Part shown: positions 27,873 to 37,161 of the stretch, piece after piece
Layout of the letters: every line of letters starts with the position of its first letter
How positions within the stretch are numbered: the stretch's first letter is position 1
Origin: Vulcanimicrobiota bacterium
Lineage (GTDB): Bacteria; Vulcanimicrobiota; Vulcanimicrobiia; Vulcanimicrobiales; Vulcanimicrobiaceae
Direction of reading: 5' to 3'
Assembly (NCBI GenBank): GCA_963820825.1
Contig: CAWGBN010000008.1
Location: forward strand, 128,001 to 192,000
Length of the DNA: 64,000 nucleotides
Notes under the pieces: model-generated
The model's input: only the letters and a program-made list of their open reading frames with translations
Told to the model about the DNA's origin: nothing
Database searches by the model: none
Program-made: the position numbers and the translations under genes

Positions 27873-28568
27873 ATCATCGCCGAGAGCTCCGGCCTAGTCG
27901 CGCGGCTGCATGCCGTCGGCCGCGAGCGCTATCACGACAAGCACCCATTCCACGAGCGGCTCGTCGCCGGAGCGCTCGACCGCGCCCAGGTCCAGGCCTG
28001 GGTCGCGAATCGCTATTACTATCAGAAGCAGATCCCGGTAAAGGACGCCGCGATTCTCGCCAACTTACCGTCGGCGCAGTATCGCCGCGCGTGGATTTCG
28101 CGCATCGTCGATCACGACGGCGACGGGCACGGCGAACCCGGCGGAACGGTCTCGTGGCTCGCGCTTGCACGCGCCGTCGGGCTCGACGAGGAGTACGTTC
28201 GCTCCGAGCGCGGCGTGGCGGCCGGGACGCGGTTCGCGGTCGACGCCTATGTGACGTTCGCCCGCACGCGGCCGTGGATCGAAGCCGTCGCATCTTCGTT
28301 AACGGAGCTCTTCGGGCCACCCGTGATGGAGCGGCGCGCCGCAGCCATTCTGGCGAAGTATTCGTGGATCGATCCTGCCGGGCTGGCCTACTTTCAACAC
28401 CGCATCCCGCTAGCGAAACGCGACGCCGATACGGCGCTCGCGTGGGTGCTTCAAGAGGCGACGACGCCGGAGATCGAGCAGCGCTGCGTCGACGCACTGC
28501 GCTTTAAATGCGACGTCCTTTGGTGCATCCTCGACGCGACGGCGCTTGCATGCGGCCTCTTCAAGTGA
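27873..28568 (+). CDS. pqqC: Pyrroloquinoline-quinone synthase; no canonical start codon (ATC assumed)
   Basis: Open frame from 27867: RYHDKHPFH, WVANRYYYQKQIPVKDAAIL, RIVDHDG, EAVASSLTELF, FKCDVLW. First ATG/GTG/TTG is at 28215, mid-protein. Confidence 0.88.
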   Translation: MIAESSGLVARLHAVGRERYHDKHPFHERLVAGALDRAQVQAWVANRYYYQKQIPVKDAAILANLPSAQYRRAWISRIVDHDGDGHGEPGGTVSWLALARAVGLDEEYVRSERGVAAGTRFAVDAYVTFARTRPWIEAVASSLTELFGPPVMERRAAAILAKYSWIDPAGLAYFQHRIPLAKRDADTALAWVLQEATTPEIEQRCVDALRFKCDVLWCILDATALACGLFK

Positions 28569-28828
28569 GAGACGACGCGCGGCCGCGATTCGGCAAGGGC
28601 GTTAAACTGCGCCGCGAATCCAACGGCAGCGCGATGCTGCTCGTTCCGGAAGCAGTGCTGGCCTTGAATCCTCCCGCGGCGACCGCGCTCGAGCTCGTCG
28701 ACGGTGACCGCACGCTCGTTGAGATCGTCGACGGCGTCGTCGAGCAGTTCGAAGTCGAACCGGCGCAAGCGCGCGAGGATATCGGCGGTCTCTTCGACCG
28801 GCTCGCCGAACGCGGGTTCGTGCGGTGA
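28565..28828 (+). CDS. pqqD: PQQ peptide chaperone (RRE domain)
   Basis: LLVPEAVLALNPPAATALELVDGDRTL; GTGA overlaps at both ends. Confidence 0.92.
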   Translation: MRDDARPRFGKGVKLRRESNGSAMLLVPEAVLALNPPAATALELVDGDRTLVEIVDGVVEQFEVEPAQAREDIGGLFDRLAERGFVR

Positions 28829-29886
28829 AGCGACCGCTCTCGCTGCTCTGCGAGCTGACGTATCGCTGCAACTTGCAGTGCCCGTATTGCTACAACCCGA
28901 TCGCGCTCGCCGCGTATCGCGACGAACTTTCGACCGAGCAATGGTGCGGCGTCTTAGAAGAGGCCGCGCGCCTCGGCGTTCTCCAAGCGCACTTCTCCGG
29001 CGGCGAGCCGACGCTGCGCCGCGACCTTCCCGCGCTCGTCGAAGCGGCGTCACGCGCCGGTCTCTACACGAACCTCATCACCCAGGGAACCTTTCTCGAC
29101 GAGCCGCTGCTCGAAAGACTGCTCGGCAACGGGCTCGATCACATCCAGATCAGCGTGCAGGCCCCGCAAACCGATCTCGCCGATACCATCGCGGGCGCCG
29201 CGGTCCACGAGAAGAAGATCGAAACCATCCGCCGGGTCGGCGAACGCGAGGTCGCGCTCACGCTCAACTGCGTTCTCCATCGCCGCAATCACGACGAAAT
29301 CGCCGGCGTCATCGAGCTCGCCGAACGCTACGGCATACGGCGGCTGGAACTCGCGAACGTTCAGTTTTATGGATGGGCCTTTCGCAATCGCGAAGCGCTG
29401 ATGCCCACGCGCGAACAGGTTCGCCGCGCGCAAGAGATCGTCGAGGCGGCGCGCGAGCGCCTGCGCGGAGCGATGGAGATCGTCTACGTCCTTCCCGACT
29501 ACTTCGGCGAGTACCCCAAGCCGTGCATGAATGGGTGGGGCAACGAGTTCATGACGGTCACGCCGAACGGCGAGGTGCTGCCGTGCCCGGCGGCGGCGGC
29601 GATTCGGACGCTGCGCTTTGAAAACGTTCGCGACCGTTCGCTCGGTGAGATCTGGCGGAACTCCGAAGCCTTCGAACGCTATCGCGGCACGGCATGGATG
29701 CGCGAACCGTGCCGTTCGTGCGAACGCCGCGAGATCGATTTTGGCGGGTGCCGCTGCCAGGCGTTTCTTCTTGCGGGCGATGCGGGCGCAACCGACCCGG
29801 CCTGTTCGCTGAGCCCCCATCATTCGATCGTCGAGGCCCTCCGCGAGCCGGCGCCGGAGGTCGAGCTCGTTCCGCGTCGCGCGTGA
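28825..29886 (+). CDS. pqqE: Radical SAM PqqA peptide cyclase
   Basis: ELTYRCNLQCPYC, FSGGEP, QFYGWA, PKPCMNGWG, SPASM motifs CRSC...GGCRCQA...DPAC. Confidence 0.96.
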   Translation: MKRPLSLLCELTYRCNLQCPYCYNPIALAAYRDELSTEQWCGVLEEAARLGVLQAHFSGGEPTLRRDLPALVEAASRAGLYTNLITQGTFLDEPLLERLLGNGLDHIQISVQAPQTDLADTIAGAAVHEKKIETIRRVGEREVALTLNCVLHRRNHDEIAGVIELAERYGIRRLELANVQFYGWAFRNREALMPTREQVRRAQEIVEAARERLRGAMEIVYVLPDYFGEYPKPCMNGWGNEFMTVTPNGEVLPCPAAAAIRTLRFENVRDRSLGEIWRNSEAFERYRGTAWMREPCRSCERREIDFGGCRCQAFLLAGDAGATDPACSLSPHHSIVEALREPAPEVELVPRRA

Positions 29887-30797
29887 TCGTTCGCGTTCTC
29901 GGCTCGGCGGCCGGCGGGGGCGTCCCGCAGTGGAACTGTGCCTGCGCGAACTGCGCCGCCGCGCGCGAGGGCCGCGCACCGCGTCGCACTGAGTCGACCA
30001 TCGCGATCGGCCCGAAGGCGGCCGAAGGCAGACGCTGGTTGCTGCTCAACTGCTCGCCGGACGTCGCGTCGCAGATCGAGTCCTTTTCGCCGCTGCAGCC
30101 GAAAGATCGACGCTCCACGCCGGTCGCCGGTATTCTGCTCACCGATGCGAACCTCGACCATATCGGCGGTCTCGCCGTACTGCGTCAATCGGCGGACGAG
30201 CGCATCCGCGTGCGCTCGAGCGCCGTCGTTCGCAAGATTGCCTCGGCCCAGCCGAGTTTCGCACACTTTGTGTCGCCGCCGCACGTTTGGCTCGAGGTGC
30301 CGCTCGGCGAAACGATCCCCCAGCAGGGCGATGACGATGTGGTCGGCGATTCGCTGCAGGTGCGCGCGATTGCGGTTCCCGGAACGACGCCGGGCTACGA
30401 CGGCCGGCGGTCCGAGCGCGGCGCAGTCGTCGCGTACGAGATCTCCGATCGAGGAAGCGAGAATCGCCTGCTCTTCGCGCCGGTCTTCGGCGAAATCAAC
30501 GAAGCGCTCGCCGCTGCCATCGCCTCGGCCTCGGTCGCCTTTTTGGACGGCACATTCTATAGCGACGACGAGTTGGAGGCGACCGGATTGGGAACCAAAC
30601 GCGCGCGAACGATGGCTCACCAGCCGGTCGGGGGCGCCGGCGGAACGCTCGCGCAGATTCGCGATGCGAATGCTCGCATCGTCTTCACCCACCTCAACAA
30701 CTCCAATCCGATGCTCGAGTCGAAATCGCAGGCCTATGCCGCCGTGCGCGAATCCGGCGCCGAAATCGCCTACGACGGGATGGAGCTAACGCTCTAG
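29883..30797 (+). CDS. pqqB: PQQ biosynthesis metallo-beta-lactamase-fold hydroxylase
   Basis: VLGSAAGGGVPQWNCACANC, FLDGTFYSDDEL, HLNNSNP, IAYDGMEL. Confidence 0.95.
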   Translation: MIVRVLGSAAGGGVPQWNCACANCAAAREGRAPRRTESTIAIGPKAAEGRRWLLLNCSPDVASQIESFSPLQPKDRRSTPVAGILLTDANLDHIGGLAVLRQSADERIRVRSSAVVRKIASAQPSFAHFVSPPHVWLEVPLGETIPQQGDDDVVGDSLQVRAIAVPGTTPGYDGRRSERGAVVAYEISDRGSENRLLFAPVFGEINEALAAAIASASVAFLDGTFYSDDELEATGLGTKRARTMAHQPVGGAGGTLAQIRDANARIVFTHLNNSNPMLESKSQAYAAVRESGAEIAYDGMELTL

Positions 30798-30928
30798 TCG
30801 AAGAGAGCCTATTATGATCGCTCCGGTTGGCGACGGTGATTTCACCACCAAGGGCAGACCCCATTTTCACGCGGCGGATCGGGCGGTGGTCGATGGAAAG
30901 ACGCCCCTCGCATCGATTCGCTCGAGCC

Positions 30929-32938
30929 ATGACTCGTAGCCGTACGGTGCGCCCGTTGCCCGCGCTGGCAACGATTCCGCTCGCAGTGCTCGCGCTTACC
31001 GGCGCGGCGGCGCTCCAGACGATCGCCGAGAGGGATTTTCAACGGCTCGTTTCGATCGGTCCGCCGTCGATCGCTCCCGACGGAAAGCACGCCGCTGCGG
31101 TCGTTTCACGGATTTTATGGGACGAAGATAAGCGTTTGCACGATCTCGTGCTCGTCGACCTTACCACGATGTCGCAGCAAACGCTGCTCGTCAATCGTAC
31201 CGGGCTCTCGGATCCCGCATTCTCACCCGACGGTTCGCAAATAGCGTTCTTGGCCGACGACGGCGCAGCGAAGGACTCGCACACGCAGATCTTCGTGATG
31301 CCGGCCGCCGGCGGCGAGGTTCGCGCCGTGACGCATGGGAGCGTCGACGTCGAGCAGTTCGCCTGGCGCGGCGACAGCCACGCGTTTGCCTACGCGGCCG
31401 AAGATCCAAAGGACACACAGAGCGGATCCGACCGCTTTCGCGACAGTTTCATCTTTACCACCGAACCGATCGTCGCGCGCGAACTGCCCCGCGCCGTGCA
31501 TCTCTTCACCATCTCGCTCGACGACGGGACGACGACGCAGTTGACCGCCGGCACGCAGAGCGTCGCAACCGGCGAAGCCGAGTCGACGCTCTCGTGGTCC
31601 CCCGACGGAGAGTCGATCGCCTTCACGCTGGTACCCAATGCGATCCTCAACGATCAAAGCTACTCGAGAATTGCGCTCGTAGACGTCGCCGCCCGAACGG
31701 TACGAACGATCACCGGCGCATCCGCCTGGGAGGGCGACCCGCGATTCTCACCCGACGGAACGCATATCGCCTACTCCTGCGCGAAGGGCGACGATCAAGT
31801 CAACCTTACCGAAATCTGCGTTACCACGCCGCAGGGCGGCCGAGGCATTTCGCTCTCCGCGCGAATCGATCGCCCGATTGCCGCTGCCGCCTGGAGCCCC
31901 GATTCGTCGAGCCTCTATCTCCTCGCGCCGGATCGCGCCGCGGTCGCGCTCTATCGTGCGCCGCTTCACGGCGAACCGGAACGTCTCGATACCAACGGAA
32001 TCGCCATCGACTCTCCGCTCGCCGGTGCGGTGGCGCAGAACGGGACGATCGTCTTCACCGGCAGCGCGACGAAGCAGCCGCAAGAACTCTTCGAGCGCGC
32101 GCCGAGCGGCACGGTCACGCGAGCAACCGATTTCAATGCGGCCATCGCCAAGCTCGATCTGGCGAGCGCGCAGCGCATTACCTTCCCGACGTCGACGGGA
32201 ACGCGCGCCGACGGCGTGCTCTACTCTCCGCCGGGCTTTTCGCCGGGTAAGCGATATCCGCTCGTCGTCTTCATTCACGGCGGCCCGACGAGCTCGTCGG
32301 CGTTGACCTTCAGCATGATGGCACAAGTGATGGCCGCTCGCGGATGGCTCGTGCTCCAACCCAACTATCGTGGGAGCGACGATCTCGGCCTGGCCTATCA
32401 ACGGGCCGTGCTCTACGATCCCGAAGACGGCCCCGGCAAAGACATCATCTCCGCCGTTGCCGCCGTACGCGCCCGCGGCATCGTCGACTCGTCGCGCATC
32501 GCGGTCTGCGGCTGGTCGTACGGCGGCATCATGACCGCTTGGATGATCTCCAGGTATCACATCTGGAAGGCTGCGGTTTCGGGCGCATCGGTCGACGACT
32601 GGACCGCCGATTACGGTACCGCCGACGACAGCCTCTCCGACGTCGACCTCTTCCACGGCTCGCCGTTCGTCGGCAACAACGGCGCCGAGTGGCGCCGCGC
32701 CTCGGCGATCGCTTACGTCGCCGACGTGACCACGCCGGTGCTCATTCTCTCCGACGTCGGCGATAACCGCGACAGCTTCGCGACGTCGTCAATGTATTGG
32801 CGCGCGCTTCGCGACAACCACAAAGACGCGACGCTGCGCGTCTGGCCGGTCGACGGGCACTTCCCGCACGATCCGGTGCGGGCCGCCGACGTCTATCACT
32901 ACTGGATCGACTACATCGCCCAGCATTTCGCTCGGTGA
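30929..32938 (+). CDS. Secreted S9-family peptidase (beta-propeller + alpha/beta hydrolase), paralog 1
   Basis: Signal peptide, WSPDG repeats, IHGGP, PNYRGS, GWSYGG, GDNRD, GHFP. Start uncertain. Confidence 0.9.
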   Translation: MTRSRTVRPLPALATIPLAVLALTGAAALQTIAERDFQRLVSIGPPSIAPDGKHAAAVVSRILWDEDKRLHDLVLVDLTTMSQQTLLVNRTGLSDPAFSPDGSQIAFLADDGAAKDSHTQIFVMPAAGGEVRAVTHGSVDVEQFAWRGDSHAFAYAAEDPKDTQSGSDRFRDSFIFTTEPIVARELPRAVHLFTISLDDGTTTQLTAGTQSVATGEAESTLSWSPDGESIAFTLVPNAILNDQSYSRIALVDVAARTVRTITGASAWEGDPRFSPDGTHIAYSCAKGDDQVNLTEICVTTPQGGRGISLSARIDRPIAAAAWSPDSSSLYLLAPDRAAVALYRAPLHGEPERLDTNGIAIDSPLAGAVAQNGTIVFTGSATKQPQELFERAPSGTVTRATDFNAAIAKLDLASAQRITFPTSTGTRADGVLYSPPGFSPGKRYPLVVFIHGGPTSSSALTFSMMAQVMAARGWLVLQPNYRGSDDLGLAYQRAVLYDPEDGPGKDIISAVAAVRARGIVDSSRIAVCGWSYGGIMTAWMISRYHIWKAAVSGASVDDWTADYGTADDSLSDVDLFHGSPFVGNNGAEWRRASAIAYVADVTTPVLILSDVGDNRDSFATSSMYWRALRDNHKDATLRVWPVDGHFPHDPVRAADVYHYWIDYIAQHFAR

Positions 32939-34956
32939 GCGCACTGCGACCGCGGTACCGCGCGCTCTTGCTGAGCTGCGCCTTCTCCCTCGTGGCCGCG
33001 GCACCGCTGCCCAGCATTCGTGGCGACGACTATCAACGGCTCGTCACGCTCGGCTCACCGGCGATCGCTCCGGATGGAAAGCATGCCGCGCTGATCGTCC
33101 GGCACGTCCTCTGGAACGACGACCGCCGCAGTGAAGAGGTCGCGCTGGTCGATCTCACCAGCGGCGCGGTGCAGACAATCGTCTCTAACCACACCGGGCT
33201 CTCGGATCCCATCTTCTCGCCCGACGGCACGCGTCTCGCCTTCGTGGCCGACGAGGGGAGCGGGAGTGAGACGCGCTCGCAGGTTTTCATCGTCTCCGCG
33301 ACCGGCGGCGAGGCGCGTGCGGTAACGCACGATACCGACGGCGTCGACGCCTTCGCCTGGCGCCCCGACGGCAACGCGCTCGCCTACACGGCTGCCGATC
33401 CGGAATCAGAGCGATCGGGCGCCGAGCGCTTTCGCGACAGCTTTCTCTTTACGACCGAACCGATCACCTCGCGCGACGCGCCGCGGCCGACGCACCTCTT
33501 TACCGTCGCGCTCGACGATGGGGCAACGACGCAGCTGACCTTCGGACTCGAGAGCGCCGCCGGCGGCTCGTCGATTAGTTGGTCGCCCGACGGCAAGACG
33601 ATTGCAATCACGCTCTGCCCTAACGCGATATTGAACGATCAGAGTTACTCGCGCGCGGTCTTGGTCGACGTTGCGACGAAACGGATGCGCCAGTTGACCG
33701 CACGCACGATGTGGGAGGGCACCCCGCTCTTCTCGCCCGACGGCGCGCACGTCGCCTACGCCTACTCCAGCGGCGATCCGCAGATCAGCCTCACCCAAAT
33801 CTACCTAACGACGCCGAGCGGAGGTGCGGGACGCGCGCTCTCCGCCGCGATCGACCGGCCGATCGGCGATTTCGTCTGGTCGCCCGATTCGAAGAGTCTC
33901 ATCGTCACCGCGCCCGATCGCACGACCAACGCGCTCTACCGGCTCTCGCTCGACGGCAGCGCGCGGCGGATCGACGTCGGAGCGATCGTTCCCGGCATGC
34001 CGTTGTCGACGACCGGCGGCGCCGACGCCCCCGCACTCGAAAGCGCGCTGGCCAACGATGGCACCCTGGTCTTTCTCGCCAGCTCGACGGCGCAGCCGCC
34101 CGAGCTCTACAAATACTCGCCCGACGGTACGACGACGAAGGTGACGGCCTTCAATGCCGCGCTCGCGCAATATCAGTGGGCCGCGGCCGAACGGATGACG
34201 TTTCCGTCGAGCACCGGCGTGACCGGCGACGGCGTGCTCTACCTTCCGCCGGGATTCTCACCCGCGCGACGGTACCCGCTCGTCGCCTTCATTCACGGCG
34301 GTCCCGACGACCCGTCGATGCTCGAGTTCGATTTTTGGGCGCAAGTAATGGCCGCGCGCGGATGGCTCGTGCTTCGTCCGAACTATCGCGGCACGCCGAA
34401 TCTCGGTTTGAAATACCAACGCGCGATTCTCTACGACCCCGAGGACGGCCCGGGCAAGGACATCGTCGCGGCGATCGATGCGGTTCGCGCCCGCCGCATC
34501 GTCGACGAATCCCGCGTCGCGGTCTGCGGGTGGTCGTACGGCGGCATCATGACCGCCTGGCTCATCTCGAAGTATCACTTTTGGCGCGCTGCCGTCTCCG
34601 GGGCATCGGTCAACGATTGGATTACCGACTACGGGACCGCCGACGACAGCCTCGCCGACTCCGACCTTCTGCACGGATCGCCCTTCGTCGGAAACGAGGC
34701 GGCGGAGTGGCGGCGCGTCTCCCCGATCTGGTACGCGCGCAACGTGACGACTCCGGTCCTCATTCTCTCCGACGTCGGCGACAATCGCGATCCGTTCGCG
34801 ACCTCGTCGATGTATTGGCGCGCGCTACGCGACAATCATAAAGACGCGACGCTGCGGGTCTGGCCGGTCAACGGACACTTCCCGACAGACCCGGTGCGCA
34901 TCGTCGACATCTACCACTACTGGATCGACTTCATCGCCCAGCACTTCGAGAACTAG
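32935..34956 (+). CDS. Secreted S9-family peptidase, paralog 2
   Basis: GTGA-coupled to paralog 1; same motifs and near-identical C-terminus (MYWRALRDNHKDATLRVWPV.GHFP). Confidence 0.9.
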   Translation: MSALRPRYRALLLSCAFSLVAAAPLPSIRGDDYQRLVTLGSPAIAPDGKHAALIVRHVLWNDDRRSEEVALVDLTSGAVQTIVSNHTGLSDPIFSPDGTRLAFVADEGSGSETRSQVFIVSATGGEARAVTHDTDGVDAFAWRPDGNALAYTAADPESERSGAERFRDSFLFTTEPITSRDAPRPTHLFTVALDDGATTQLTFGLESAAGGSSISWSPDGKTIAITLCPNAILNDQSYSRAVLVDVATKRMRQLTARTMWEGTPLFSPDGAHVAYAYSSGDPQISLTQIYLTTPSGGAGRALSAAIDRPIGDFVWSPDSKSLIVTAPDRTTNALYRLSLDGSARRIDVGAIVPGMPLSTTGGADAPALESALANDGTLVFLASSTAQPPELYKYSPDGTTTKVTAFNAALAQYQWAAAERMTFPSSTGVTGDGVLYLPPGFSPARRYPLVAFIHGGPDDPSMLEFDFWAQVMAARGWLVLRPNYRGTPNLGLKYQRAILYDPEDGPGKDIVAAIDAVRARRIVDESRVAVCGWSYGGIMTAWLISKYHFWRAAVSGASVNDWITDYGTADDSLADSDLLHGSPFVGNEAAEWRRVSPIWYARNVTTPVLILSDVGDNRDPFATSSMYWRALRDNHKDATLRVWPVNGHFPTDPVRIVDIYHYWIDFIAQHFEN

Positions 34957-36404
34957 AACAGGCTCCACAGGTACTGGTTGTAGACCTCGTGGTGGTAGAT
35001 CACTTCCTGCGACTTGACGAACGTTCCGAGTAGGCGCGGACAGCGATCGGCACTCGCCTGTTTGAGATCGGCGTAGCGCTTCTTTACGTCGTCGCCGAGC
35101 AGCTTGCCGGTCCACTCCGATTCGCGGAACGCCGCAAGCGCGTCGTAGATGTTGTCGGGCAGATAGCGATCGGCTTGACGCAGATTTTTGAGACTGCTGG
35201 TCGTTCCTTCGAGACCCGTCTTGAAGACCGCGAGCATCACCATATAGGGATTGGCGTCGGGCGCAACCGAACGCACTTCAGTACGCATGCTGCGCTCGTT
35301 GCCGATCGGGATGCGAACCATCGAGCCGCGATCGATCGCCGAAGCCTTGAGCTGATTGGGGGCTTCGAAATGCGGGTCGAGCCGCCGGTACGAGTTGACG
35401 CTCGAGTTGAGCATCAAGCAGATGTCGTTGCCGTGGGTTAGGATCCGGTCGACGAACTTCCAACCGAAGCCGCTGAGCTGCTCTTGGCCTTTGGGGTCCC
35501 AAAAAAGGTTCTTGCCGTTCTTGCTGACCGAGACGTTGGTGTGCATGCCGCTGCCGTTGACGCCGACGACCGGCTTGGGCAGGAAGCTTGCGGTCATGCC
35601 CAACTTCGTCGCGACTTGGCGACAGATCAGCTTGTAGAGCTGGATCTGATCGGCGGCCGCGACGACCTCGCCGTAGCTGTAGTTGATCTCGAACTGCGAA
35701 GGCGCGACCTCCGGGTGATCCTTTTCGTTTTGGAAGCCCATCGCGCGCTGCACCTCCGCGACCGTGTCGATGAAGTTGCGCAGCGGATCGCCCGGAAGCG
35801 AATGATAGTAGCCGCCGGTGTTGACGTACTCGAACTTACCGGTCTCGTGATAGCGGCGTTCGGCGTCGAGATCCTTGAAGAGGAAGCCTTCGATTTCGTT
35901 GGCAGCATTGAGTGCGTAGCCTTCCTTCGCGTAGCAATCGTTCGCGAACTTCTTGAGCGCGCCGCGAATGTCGCCGGCAAACGGTTTGCCGTCGCGGTCG
36001 AAAACGTCGCCGAAGACCAGCACTTTCCCCGGCCCGAAGATATCGGCAGGGCCCCAATAGAACGCGCTCCAGTCGAGCGAGAGACGCAGATCGCTCTCTC
36101 GCTGCGGCGTAAAGCCGCGAATCGAGGAACCGTCGAAAGTTAGGTTATCGTGGGAGCGCAGTAAAAACTTTTTGTCGTAGTCGAGCATGTGCAGGCGCCC
36201 CTCGAGGTCGCTGAAGAGCACCGTGAGTGCTTTGATGCGCGGCTCGCCGGCGAGATAGCGGAGGCGTTCCTCTTGAAGCGCTCGCAGCGGCACGCGTTCT
36301 TGGCGTTGCGCCTTCGCGCGCAGGTTGAGCTCTTCGAGCTCGGAGTAAGGCAACGTGAGAAAGTCGCGCAGTTCGGCGCCGGTCGGCAGGTCCGTCGAAT
36401 GCAT
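34953..36404 (-). CDS. glnA: Glutamine synthetase-family protein
   Basis: FDGSSIRGF..ESDL, HPEVAPSQFE, PKPVVGVNGSGMHTN, NSYRRL...FEAP, EVRSVAPDANPY. Confidence 0.85.
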   Translation of the reverse strand: MHSTDLPTGAELRDFLTLPYSELEELNLRAKAQRQERVPLRALQEERLRYLAGEPRIKALTVLFSDLEGRLHMLDYDKKFLLRSHDNLTFDGSSIRGFTPQRESDLRLSLDWSAFYWGPADIFGPGKVLVFGDVFDRDGKPFAGDIRGALKKFANDCYAKEGYALNAANEIEGFLFKDLDAERRYHETGKFEYVNTGGYYHSLPGDPLRNFIDTVAEVQRAMGFQNEKDHPEVAPSQFEINYSYGEVVAAADQIQLYKLICRQVATKLGMTASFLPKPVVGVNGSGMHTNVSVSKNGKNLFWDPKGQEQLSGFGWKFVDRILTHGNDICLMLNSSVNSYRRLDPHFEAPNQLKASAIDRGSMVRIPIGNERSMRTEVRSVAPDANPYMVMLAVFKTGLEGTTSSLKNLRQADRYLPDNIYDALAAFRESEWTGKLLGDDVKKRYADLKQASADRCPRLLGTFVKSQEVIYHHEVYNQYLWSLF

Positions 36405-36564
36405 CGTCGCTCGAATCTCCTTTAGTGCGGCGAGTTGTTGGGACGACGATTACCCGGCCGGCCGGGCGCGCCTTTGTCCACTTGGTACACGTGCTTGGGA
36501 CAAACGTGGGCCGGACCGCTCTCCCAAGGGCATCGAAAAGCAGTATCGGGCGCCTCGAGTGCCA

Positions 36565-37161
36565 ATGAGTCGCCTGATGAAGCCATTGCGTACGAGCGCC
36601 TTGACGCTACTTGCTCTACTCGGTACGCTGCCGGCGGTAGCCGCCGAGAGCTGGACCGTGGACCCGGTCCACTCGACGGCGCAGTTTACCGCACGCCACT
36701 TCGGCATCGTTCCGGTCATCGGAACGATACCGATCGTCCGGGCCTCGCTCGAGCTGAACTCCGGCTCGCAGATCCCCGCGGTCGTGACGGCGGAGCTCGA
36801 TGCCTCGAAGGTCGACACGCACAACGACATGCGCGATTCGGATCTTCGATCCGTGCACTATTTCAACGTCGACGCGACGCCGGCGATCAAATTCGTCAGC
36901 ACGAAGGTCACCGCCGGAACCGATTCGGCACACTTCACCATCACCGGCGATCTGACGATGCACGGCCAGACGCATCCCGTCACCATGAGCGCGCAGATCG
37001 TCGCTTCGGGCAAGACGCCGCGCGGCCGATCGGTCATCGCGTACTCTGCGGTAGTTACGATCGATCGCACGCAGTGGGGAATGACCTACGGCCCGCTCAT
37101 CGTCGGCAATAGCGTCGACATCTCGATCAACGTGGAGGCGGACGCTCCGCCGAGCTCTTAA
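36565..37161 (+). CDS. YceI-family protein
   Basis: Signal peptide, WTVDPVHS, RDSDLRS..YF, ITGDLTMHG, IDRTQWG. Confidence 0.9.
   Translation: MSRLMKPLRTSALTLLALLGTLPAVAAESWTVDPVHSTAQFTARHFGIVPVIGTIPIVRASLELNSGSQIPAVVTAELDASKVDTHNDMRDSDLRSVHYFNVDATPAIKFVSTKVTAGTDSAHFTITGDLTMHGQTHPVTMSAQIVASGKTPRGRSVIAYSAVVTIDRTQWGMTYGPLIVGNSVDISINVEADAPPSS

Noticed and set aside
28215..28568. 117-aa ORF as the whole pqqC or a truncated pseudogene
   Set aside because: The upstream half is intact and in frame, with no stops or frameshifts.
36405..36510. glnA glutamine riboswitch or sigma54 promoter
   Set aside because: Only a GTAATCGT fragment is present, without the rest of the motif; the TGGTAC site lacks correct -12 spacing.
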